From NCBI GenBank assembly GCA_016930375.1, contig JAFGGU010000096.1:3981-67980 (forward strand): 64,000 bases of DNA. Direction: 5' to 3'. Position 1 is the stretch's first letter, and the number at the start of each line of letters is the position of its first letter. Under the pieces are notes generated by a model that saw only the letters and a program-made list of their open reading frames with translations, had not been told where the DNA came from and searched no databases. Position numbers and translations under genes: made by a program. Below are positions 56,274 to 64,000 of this stretch, in pieces. Source of the stretch: Bacteroidales bacterium (GTDB lineage Bacteria > Bacteroidota > Bacteroidia > Bacteroidales > UBA10428).

Positions 56274-57638
56274 TTAAAACAGGCCATACATCAGTCTGCC
56301 CATGGCAAGATATATCGACAGCCCGATAATATCATTGGTCGTGGTGATAAACGGACCGGTAGCCAGCGCAGGATCTATCTTAAAGCGCTGCAATACCAGC
56401 GGTACAAATGTTCCGAATACCGAGGCAAAGATTATTACGACAAACAGGGCAATACTCACTGTAACGGTAAGTGCGAACGATTCACTGAAAAGCAGATTAT
56501 AAATAAAGAGCAGCGCCGACAGGATGAAGCCATTGATCAGGGCGACGGACAGTTCCTTCATCAGTTTTCCGGCAATGCCCTGAAGGTCAATAGTACCTGC
56601 TGCAATGCCCTGAACCACAATGGAAGAAGACTGTACGCCGACATTTCCGCCCATAGCCCCAATAAGCGGGAAAAAGAGGGCCATCTCGGGTGATATTTTC
56701 AGATCGGATTCGTGCATGCTGATAACCCTTGAGCCCAGGATTCCTCCCGTGAGCCCGATAATCAGCCAGGGCAACCGGGCCCTGGTGAGCACGAAGATGT
56801 TATCGGTGTGCTCTACATCTTCGGTAATACCGGATATTAACTGGTAATCCTTTTCAGCTTCTTCCTGAATAACATCCACAATGTCATCAATGGTGATCCT
56901 GCCCACCAGTCGCCCTATCGCATCCACTACCGGAAGAGAAACCAGGTCATATTTTTTCATGATATTGGCGACCTCTTCCGAAGGCGTGTCGGTCTTTACC
57001 AGGATGACATCCTTATTGGCTATGTTCCGGATCCGTGTGGATGCCCGTGATATCAGAAGTTTTTTTAACGAAACCGTACCCTTGAGTATATCGTCGTCAT
57101 CTACCACGTATACAACGTAAAACTCATAAACCTCGCTGGCCTGTTTACGGATATCACGGATACAGTGCGCAATATCCCAGTTCTCGTTCACTTTGATGAG
57201 CTCTTTCGCCATTAAACCTCCGGCCGTATCCGGATCATAGCTGAGGAGGTCGACAATATCACCGGCTACCTCAACATCTTCGATGCTATGCAGTACCTCT
57301 TCCTGCTTTTCTTCGGATAGTTCACCCAGCAGATCCGCAGCATCGTCCGACTCCATATTGTCGATTACCTTTCGGGCGATCATTTCACCCGGCATTTCTT
57401 CTATGAACTGCTCCCGTTCATTTTCGGTAAGTTCAGCCAGTACATCCGCCGACGTTTCGCTATCGAGCAGATTGTAGAGATATGCTGATTCATCAGGATC
57501 CAGTTCATTAAAGATCTCCGCTATATCAGCCGGATGGAGGTCCTTAATCCGGGTCATTGCCGAAACATCGTTTTTTGCTTCAATGAGCTCCTTGAGCTCA
57601 TCGATAAATTCACGTGTCAGTTCAAATTGCATGCGCAA
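56274..57638 (-). CDS. mgtE: Magnesium transporter MgtE
   Basis: 454 aa with an acidic N-domain, tandem CBS region and a C-terminal 5-TM domain containing GNVGVQSS and PFITTTNDIIG. Confidence 0.9.
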   Translation of the reverse strand: MRMQFELTREFIDELKELIEAKNDVSAMTRIKDLHPADIAEIFNELDPDESAYLYNLLDSETSADVLAELTENEREQFIEEMPGEMIARKVIDNMESDDAADLLGELSEEKQEEVLHSIEDVEVAGDIVDLLSYDPDTAGGLMAKELIKVNENWDIAHCIRDIRKQASEVYEFYVVYVVDDDDILKGTVSLKKLLISRASTRIRNIANKDVILVKTDTPSEEVANIMKKYDLVSLPVVDAIGRLVGRITIDDIVDVIQEEAEKDYQLISGITEDVEHTDNIFVLTRARLPWLIIGLTGGILGSRVISMHESDLKISPEMALFFPLIGAMGGNVGVQSSSIVVQGIAAGTIDLQGIAGKLMKELSVALINGFILSALLFIYNLLFSESFALTVTVSIALFVVIIFASVFGTFVPLVLQRFKIDPALATGPFITTTNDIIGLSIYLAMGRLMYGLF

Positions 57639-57643
57639 AAGTT

Positions 57644-58417
57644 TTAGGTACTGTGCTCAAGTAGACGGGTCAGCTTTACAAAATCCTGAACACCTAATTG
57701 TTCGGGCCTTTTTTGCCATAGGGCCTCACTGGTTTCCAAATTGCCTGTCAGGCTTTTGAGAGAATTGCGCAAGGTTTTCCTGCGCTGGTTGAAGGCAGTT
57801 TTTACGACTTTATGGAAGTGTCCCTCATGGCAGTCGAGGTTTACCGTGCTGTTTCGTCTCAGTCTGATGACAGCTGAATTAACCCTGGGTGGCGGGTTAA
57901 AAACCTGGGGAGGGACTGAAAACAGGTATTCGATCTCATAAAAAGCCTGAAGCAGAACGCTCAGTATTCCATAGGCCCTGGATCCCGGGGGTGATGCAAT
58001 CCGGGTGGCGACCTCCTTCTGGATCATGCATACTGTTTCAACAACAAGATTCCGGTGATCCAGAATTCTGAAAAAGAGCTGACTTGAAATATTATAGGGA
58101 AAATTCCCGATAATGGCAAAGGGCTGACGGAAGATATCCGACAGCGGAACTTCCAGTATATCGGCATTCAGGATCTTCTCAGAAACATTCGGGAAACGGG
58201 TGTTCAGGTATTCAACAGAGGTGCGGTCAATCTCAACATACCGCATTTCTTTATCAGGCAAAGCAAGCAGGATTTCGGTAAGGATTCCCATGCCGGGACC
58301 TATTTCAAGGGCTTTGTCATATCCCTGCCAGGTGAGGCTGTTCACTATTTTTTGGGCTATGTTTTTATCTGTCAGGAAATGCTGACCTAAACTTTTCTTG
58401 GGTTTTACGGGAATCAC
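57644..58417 (-). CDS. rsmA: 16S rRNA (adenine1518/1519-N6)-dimethyltransferase
   Basis: It contains KKSLGQHFL, the SAM motif EIGPGMGILT and the NFPYNISS block. Confidence 0.95.
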   Translation of the reverse strand: MIPVKPKKSLGQHFLTDKNIAQKIVNSLTWQGYDKALEIGPGMGILTEILLALPDKEMRYVEIDRTSVEYLNTRFPNVSEKILNADILEVPLSDIFRQPFAIIGNFPYNISSQLFFRILDHRNLVVETVCMIQKEVATRIASPPGSRAYGILSVLLQAFYEIEYLFSVPPQVFNPPPRVNSAVIRLRRNSTVNLDCHEGHFHKVVKTAFNQRRKTLRNSLKSLTGNLETSEALWQKRPEQLGVQDFVKLTRLLEHST

Positions 58418-58472
58418 TGACAGCTGCTTTTAATGCAAAAATACCTATTTTCGGTATTTCAAATCATGGACC

Positions 58473-59654
58473 ATGCATTATAATTTCGATGAGATTATCA
58501 ACCGGGAAAAAACCGGAAGCGTAAAATACGATCTCCGAGAAAGAATTTTTGGCGATGAAAAGGTCCTTCCTCTTTGGGTGGCCGATATGGATTTCAGGAC
58601 GCCTGATTTCATCATGGGCGCCCTGCAGAAAAGACTGGAGCATGAAATTCTGGGATATACCTTGGTCCCGCCTTCTTTTTATCAATCTGTCGCAGACTGG
58701 AACAAGCGACGCCATAACTGGATGATAAAATCAGAATGGATCTCATTTTCACCGGGAGTTGTCCCTGCCCTTAATTTACTGGTAATGGCCTTTACGCAAC
58801 CCGGTGACGGCATCATCATCCAGCCTCCGGTATACTTCCCGTTTTTTACGGCGGTTGAGAATCATGGCCGCCGGCTTATTGCCAATCCTTTAAGGTATGA
58901 GCAGGGCAGGTATGAGATGGATTTCAGAGATCTCGAATCAAAAATTGACAAAGGCACACGCATGCTGATCCTTTGCAGTCCTCATAATCCAACGGGTAAT
59001 GTATGGTCACCGGAAGTTTTGAGACGCATCGGAGAAATCTGTATCAGGAATAAGATGCTTCTGGTTTCGGATGAGATTCATTCTGACCTGGTATTTACCG
59101 GATTCAGGCATACTCCTGCAGCAAGTATTTCTGAAGATATCGCCGGGATCACAATTACCTGCATGTCGCCCAGCAAAACCTTTAATCTCGCGGGTTTATC
59201 CACGGCATATCTTATTATACCCGATGCGGGTCTCCGTAAAAAATACGAAACCCTGTTGGATCATGTACATGTGGGATCCGGAAATATTTTCGGCTTTATT
59301 GCTGCAGAGGCCGCTTATGGCAAGGGAGAGGAGTGGCTGAAACAGCTTATGGCTTATCTCGAAGGCAATCTTATGTTTTTGCGGGACTTCCTGGCAAAGC
59401 ATTTGCCCATGATCGGGGTGGTTTCCCCGGAGGCTACCTATCTTACGTGGCTCGATTGCAGTAAGCTGGGGATGTCTCCCGGGTCTTTACGTTCATTTAT
59501 GATACAGGAGGCAGGCCTTGGATTAAACGATGGACCTCAGTTTGGCAAAGAAGGAGAAGGATTTCAGAGGATCAATATTGCCTGTCCGAGACGCATACTC
59601 TATGAAGCACTTGTAAAAATGCATACTGCAGTCAAAAACTATTTTGCAAAATAA
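58473..59654 (+). CDS. PLP-dependent C-S lyase (MalY/PatB-type cystathionine beta-lyase)
   Basis: 393 aa with LPLWVADMDF, CSPHNPTG and SPSKTFNLAG (PLP lysine). Confidence 0.8.
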   Translation: MHYNFDEIINREKTGSVKYDLRERIFGDEKVLPLWVADMDFRTPDFIMGALQKRLEHEILGYTLVPPSFYQSVADWNKRRHNWMIKSEWISFSPGVVPALNLLVMAFTQPGDGIIIQPPVYFPFFTAVENHGRRLIANPLRYEQGRYEMDFRDLESKIDKGTRMLILCSPHNPTGNVWSPEVLRRIGEICIRNKMLLVSDEIHSDLVFTGFRHTPAASISEDIAGITITCMSPSKTFNLAGLSTAYLIIPDAGLRKKYETLLDHVHVGSGNIFGFIAAEAAYGKGEEWLKQLMAYLEGNLMFLRDFLAKHLPMIGVVSPEATYLTWLDCSKLGMSPGSLRSFMIQEAGLGLNDGPQFGKEGEGFQRINIACPRRILYEALVKMHTAVKNYFAK

Positions 59655-59756
59655 CCGAACCTTTTTGAAAAAATGCAGTAAGAATAGTAGATCATTTTAC
59701 TGTAAATTTTTACTAATTTAGTTTTCAGTATATTCAAGGATTAACCGGTAATTGCC

Positions 59757-61409
59757 ATGAGACTTAAAATTGCTGCCAAAATAGGATTGGGATTTGGTAT
59801 CATAACCATTGCTGTGATCATCAATGCCTGGATCACCAGTATTGCGCTTGAAAGCAGCCGCGATATCAATGAAAAGATTACCAGCGTATATACGCCTTCC
59901 CAGGCTTATATCTCGGATCTGCATACCATCATCAGCGATTCACGAATGCTCATTAAATCGTGGGTTTTCATTGATAAAATATCAGATACGCCGGATAAGG
60001 TCACTTTGAAGGAATTGCACTCCACCAATTACAAAACGGTGATGGATACCCTCAAACAACTGAGCGCGTTTTGGGACAGCACCAGGTTCCAGTCGGTTTT
60101 ATTGAAGATCGACTCGGTGATTGTGGATTCGTTGTTTCCCAAACATCAGTACATCATGGAGCAGTTGAATTCTTTCGAGCAGTACGACGATCCGTTTGTC
60201 GTGTTTGAAGTTACACCTATGGTGGAGGAAGGTGGTGAAGTTATGATGCTCACAAACAGGATATTATCTATGATTGAAAGCCTGCAGATGAAACAGGAAG
60301 CTGTGGTTGAAGCAGGACAACAGCAGATGATATCCACCTTTAACCGTTTTCAGCAGTGGATCCTGATTATGGGACTGATTCTGGTTATTGGCGCAATCGT
60401 TATCGGCATCATTACGATTAATTCATTGGCAGTTCCCATCAACCATACCAAAAACGTCCTTCTTTCCATGGGTAAGGGTGTGCTCCCCAAGGAAAAATTA
60501 AAGGAGGGGAGTGACGAGGTGGGACAAATGTCCAAAGCTCTTAATATGCTGGTTCAGGGACTCAGGAATATCTTCAACTTCTCGCTTGAGATCGGAAAGG
60601 GAAATTTTGACACCCATTTTACACCGCTCAGTGATGAAGACGTACTGGGACACTCGCTCCTTGATATGCGGAATGAACTTAAAAAAGCAGCTGAAGAAGA
60701 AAACCGCAGGAAACAGGAAGATGAACAGCGGAATTGGGCTGCTCAGGGTGTTGCCAAGTTCAGTGATATCCTCCGCAAGAATACAGATGAACTGGAAGAA
60801 CTTTCGTATAATATCATCAGCAACCTGGTGAAATACACAAACTCCAACCAGGGAGGGATTTATATTGTGAATGATAATGACAAGGACAACCTGTTCATCG
60901 AGATGAAGGCCAGTTATGCATACGATCGCCGTAAGTTTATCACCAAGCGGATCGAGATTGGCGAAGGTTTGGTGGGAAGGTGCTACCAGGAAAAGGAAAA
61001 GATTTACCTGACGGAGATCCCGCATGATTATATGAAGATCACCTCGGGATTGGGAGAAGATAATCCCCGGGCCCTGCTTATCGTTCCTTTGATTTACAAC
61101 GATGTGATTTATGGATTGGTTGAAATCGCGTCCTTCAATGAATATGCTGATTACTTGATTGAATTCATTGAACGGATCGGGGAAAGCATAGCGGCTACCA
61201 TTTCATCGAGTAAAGCGCAGATTCAGACTGCGATATTGCTTGAACAATCCCAGCAGCAGGCTGAAGAAATGTCCTCCCAGGAAGAAGAAATGCGGCAGAA
61301 CATGGAAGAATTACGGGCAACCCAGGAACAATCCGCGCGTCGCGAAGAAGAATTGCAGCGCGAGGTTGGGGAGCTGAGAAAACGAATCAAAGAAATCACA
61401 CAGTCCTAA
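59757..61409 (+). CDS. Membrane-bound HAMP + GAF signalling protein with C-terminal Glu/Gln-rich coiled coil
   Basis: Two TM segments flank a ~190-aa outer domain. These are followed by a HAMP-like linker, a GAF-like core (LVGRCYQEKEKIYL...LLIVPLIYNDVIYGLVEIASF) and an MCP-like heptad tail (QEEEMRQNMEELRATQEQ). No kinase or output domain is present. Confidence 0.6.
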   Translation: MRLKIAAKIGLGFGIITIAVIINAWITSIALESSRDINEKITSVYTPSQAYISDLHTIISDSRMLIKSWVFIDKISDTPDKVTLKELHSTNYKTVMDTLKQLSAFWDSTRFQSVLLKIDSVIVDSLFPKHQYIMEQLNSFEQYDDPFVVFEVTPMVEEGGEVMMLTNRILSMIESLQMKQEAVVEAGQQQMISTFNRFQQWILIMGLILVIGAIVIGIITINSLAVPINHTKNVLLSMGKGVLPKEKLKEGSDEVGQMSKALNMLVQGLRNIFNFSLEIGKGNFDTHFTPLSDEDVLGHSLLDMRNELKKAAEEENRRKQEDEQRNWAAQGVAKFSDILRKNTDELEELSYNIISNLVKYTNSNQGGIYIVNDNDKDNLFIEMKASYAYDRRKFITKRIEIGEGLVGRCYQEKEKIYLTEIPHDYMKITSGLGEDNPRALLIVPLIYNDVIYGLVEIASFNEYADYLIEFIERIGESIAATISSSKAQIQTAILLEQSQQQAEEMSSQEEEMRQNMEELRATQEQSARREEELQREVGELRKRIKEITQS

Positions 61410-61415
61410 CAATTG

Positions 61416-62324
61416 ATGCAACCTTCATTACTGATTCTTGCTGCCGGAATGGGCAGCCGTTATGGAAGTCTGAAACAAGTTGACCGGTTTGGTCCTTCCG
61501 GAGAGACAATTGTAGAGTATTCCTTATATGACGCCCTCAGGGCTGGGTTTGGGAAAGTTGTCCTTGTGGTAAGGCAGGAATTTGTCGATGATTTCAAGGA
61601 AATAATCCTGAAAAGAGCTTTAAAAAAGGCTGATATCAGTTTCGTATACCAGGAGCTCAGGAATTTGCCACCAGGATTCGAGGTGCCTCCCGATCGTAAA
61701 AAGCCCTGGGGAACCGGGCATGCTGTGATGATGGCCGGTGAAGCCATTGCTGAACCCTTTGCCGTTATCAACGCAGATGATTTCTACGGTCCCGATTCAT
61801 ACCGTATCATCTATGAATTCCTTTCCAAAAAGCAATCCGGGGGAATCGAGGAATATTGCCTGGTAGATTATCAGCTTGACAACACACTTTCAGAATCAGG
61901 CTCAGTTTCCAGGGGTGTATGCAAGGTAGACGGCCAGGGATATCTGGCCGATATCACCGAACACAAAAAGGTTCGCCGGACCAGCAATCGGATTACCGGT
62001 GAAGCTGAAGGCGTCGGTGAAGTAGTTTTTACCGGCAAGGAACCTGTCTCCATGAACCTTATGGGCTTCAAACCCTCCATGTTTGGTCATTTGAAACGTC
62101 AGTTCACGGAATTCTTACTGTCCCATATCACCCAAAACGATACGGAATTCTATCTTCCGTTTGCCATGAACGAAGTGATACGTACAGGTGAAGCCCGGGT
62201 AAAGGTTTTACATACAGCAGAGAAATGGTTTGGAGTTACTTATCGCGAAGATCGGGAAATGGTTATGAAAAGTCTCAGAAAGCTGGTGAAAGAGGGTATA
62301 TATCCCTCCGATCTGTGGGCGTAA
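61416..62324 (+). CDS. Sugar-phosphate nucleotidyltransferase-family protein
   Basis: It has the N-terminal LILAAGMGSRYGSLKQ motif. The start is taken at ATG 61416. Confidence 0.7.
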   Translation: MQPSLLILAAGMGSRYGSLKQVDRFGPSGETIVEYSLYDALRAGFGKVVLVVRQEFVDDFKEIILKRALKKADISFVYQELRNLPPGFEVPPDRKKPWGTGHAVMMAGEAIAEPFAVINADDFYGPDSYRIIYEFLSKKQSGGIEEYCLVDYQLDNTLSESGSVSRGVCKVDGQGYLADITEHKKVRRTSNRITGEAEGVGEVVFTGKEPVSMNLMGFKPSMFGHLKRQFTEFLLSHITQNDTEFYLPFAMNEVIRTGEARVKVLHTAEKWFGVTYREDREMVMKSLRKLVKEGIYPSDLWA

Positions 62325-62355
62325 GTCTTCAACCTGAAATATAAATCAAGTCATT

Positions 62356-62754
62356 ATGGGTGTAGTGCGATTTGGGGTATCCCTGGACAAAGAAATCATG
62401 CAGGAACTGGATAGTTATGTCACGGTGAATGGTTTTCCAAATCGTTCCCAGGCCATCCGGAATCTCATTGAAAAATATGCTGTGGAACAGAAATGGCAGT
62501 GTGACAACCAGGTGGCAGGCGCTATTGTCATCGTGTACGATCATCACAAACGCAACATTGACAACGAGATCAATGATGTACAGCATGAAAATCATCACCT
62601 GATACTCTCCACGCAGCATGTGCACCTGAACCATGAAACCTGTCTGGAAACGATAGTTGTTAAAGGCAAGGCCTCGGAATTAACCGGTCTGGCCGATAAG
62701 ATCATTGCCCTCAAAGGCATTCATCACGGCAAGCTCATCATGACCAGGGCTTGA
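62356..62754 (+). CDS. nikR: Nickel-responsive repressor NikR
   Basis: It has a ribbon-helix-helix N-terminus (RFGVSLDKEIMQELD...NRSQAIRNLI) and a C-terminal metal-binding domain with His cluster (YDHHKR...HENHH...HVHLNHETCLE), collinear with E. coli NikR. Confidence 0.9.
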   Translation: MGVVRFGVSLDKEIMQELDSYVTVNGFPNRSQAIRNLIEKYAVEQKWQCDNQVAGAIVIVYDHHKRNIDNEINDVQHENHHLILSTQHVHLNHETCLETIVVKGKASELTGLADKIIALKGIHHGKLIMTRA

Positions 62755-62758
62755 TGGT

Positions 62759-64000
62759 TTACAATCCGAGGTCATTCTGGATCTGTTCCAGCCTCTTCCC
62801 TTTGGTCTCGGGGAATACAAAATAGACAACGAAGAACTGAATCAGCATCATCAGGGCAAAAAACGCAAAAGCCAGTCCTGTGGAACGTGAACTTGTGGCC
62901 GCAATAACCGGGAAAACCCACGAAACCAGGGCGGCAAGCAACCAGTGTGTTAAGCTTCCCAAAGCCTGTCCCTTGGCTCTGACCTTGTTTGGAAATATTT
63001 CAGAGATGAAGACCCAGATAACCGCACCCTGGGACGATGCAAAAAAGGCAATAAATCCTACCAGGCCTATCAATACCGCCCCACCTCCAAAACGGTTCAG
63101 GAGGAATCCCAGTGATACCAGCATCAGCGTGAATACCATACCGACTGATCCGATCAGCAGCAACTTTTTCCTTCCTACCCTGTCAATAATGAACAGGGCG
63201 ACAATGGTGAATATCAGATTGGTAAAACCGATGGAAACCGACTGAAACAAGGATGACGTTCGATCCAGGCCAGCCATTTCAAAGATCCTGGGAGCATAAT
63301 ACATGATGGCATTAATGCCCGAGAACTGATTGAAAAATGCCACCAGGATGGCCAGGATAATGGGGAACTTCAATTTTGCCGTGAACAGACGTTCGGACTT
63401 GATATGTTTTTCCGAAGAGATGGATTCTTCTATAACATCAACCTGTTCAGAAGCATCTGATTCGCCCAGTTTTTCAAGGATCATGACTGCCTTCTTTTTC
63501 TCGCCTTTCAGGACAAGCCATCTCGGGGTTTCAGGAATGGCAAACAGGAGGCCAAAGAATATTCCGGCCGGCAGTGTCTGTACACCGAGCATCCAGCGCC
63601 AGGAAGCCTGATCGGTCACCATGGCCACAATATAATTGGAAAGAAAAGCCAGCAGGATGCCGGTAACCACATTCAGCTGAAATAAAATAACCAGCCGGCC
63701 TCTTTTTTCAGCAGGTGATATTTCGGCTATGTACATGGGACCTATGACAGAGGAAGCCCCAACGCTCAGCCCTCCCAGGAACCTGAACACAAGAATTCCG
63801 TACCAGCTTTGCGAAAGTGCAGCACCAAGAGCTGAGAAAAGAAAAAGTATCGCGATCACCATCAGGATTTTTCTTCTGCCGAAAAAATCAGCCGGTTTGC
63901 CGGCGGCTATGGCTCCCACAATGGTGCCGATGAGTGCGATCGCCACGGTGAATCCCAGCCAGAATCCGTTGAGACCGAATAGTTGCTGAATGGATTTTTC
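62759..64000 (-). CDS. MFS sugar-porter-family transporter (5' end beyond the window)
   Basis: It carries sugar-porter signatures (GRRKILM, PETPRWL, PETKG...LE). The reading frame stays open upstream of the first Met to the window edge. Confidence 0.85.
   Translation of the reverse strand, partial: EKSIQQLFGLNGFWLGFTVAIALIGTIVGAIAAGKPADFFGRRKILMVIAILFLFSALGAALSQSWYGILVFRFLGGLSVGASSVIGPMYIAEISPAEKRGRLVILFQLNVVTGILLAFLSNYIVAMVTDQASWRWMLGVQTLPAGIFFGLLFAIPETPRWLVLKGEKKKAVMILEKLGESDASEQVDVIEESISSEKHIKSERLFTAKLKFPIILAILVAFFNQFSGINAIMYYAPRIFEMAGLDRTSSLFQSVSIGFTNLIFTIVALFIIDRVGRKKLLLIGSVGMVFTLMLVSLGFLLNRFGGGAVLIGLVGFIAFFASSQGAVIWVFISEIFPNKVRAKGQALGSLTHWLLAALVSWVFPVIAATSSRSTGLAFAFFALMMLIQFFVVYFVFPETKGKRLEQIQNDLGL

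Overview
This 64-kb window comes from a Bacteroidota-like chromosome, judged by a T9SS C-terminal sorting domain, PorV/PorQ-like and DUF3078-like outer-membrane proteins, and TAnnTTTG promoter motifs.

**Mobile element (1 to ~9053).** This is the right-hand part of a visibly AT-rich integrated element whose left end lies outside the window. It carries:
- an RloC/PrrC-like ABC-ATPase anticodon-nuclease candidate;
- a Rep_trans-like initiator/relaxase candidate, preceded by two poly-C tracts and iteron-like repeats;
- a DpnII/MboI-like restriction endonuclease plus an oversized beta-class DNA methyltransferase, bracketed by two ~118-bp direct-repeat modules of three subsites each;
- a terminal large serine recombinase.

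The element splits the Mg-chelatase-like competence gene comM, of which only the 3' part (9054-9752) is present. By my reading it contains no GATC at all, although the adjacent host DNA is GATC-dense.

**Core chromosome (remaining ~55 kb).**
- A tightly packed respiratory operon on the minus strand: NrfC-like FeS protein, NrfD-like membrane protein, cytochrome c, DoxX-like protein, SCO1, caa3-type oxidase subunits I/III/IV/II and haem O synthase.
- GntR and SPFH genes, an anaerobic sulfatase maturase, an acyl-AMP ligase, a dienelactone hydrolase, DPP-IV and an FtsX-type permease.
- purH, mreBCD-mrdA-rodA, acpH, pgi and gpsA.
- A T9SS CotH-like protein with a PorQ-like barrel.
- purE, hpt, adk, obg and a PAP2 phosphatase.
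- A ferritin-like protein, an SQR-like flavoprotein and mobA.
- A Kef-type antiporter, queD, yidD, a HIT protein, ssb, mscL and mgtE.
- rsmA, a PatB-like lyase, a HAMP-GAF protein, a nucleotidyltransferase, nikR and a partial MFS sugar porter.

No rRNA, tRNA or CRISPR array was recognised. Several gene 3' ends abut unusual 7- or 8-nt-period tandem arrays. All domain and family calls come from motifs read by eye, and no database search was run.
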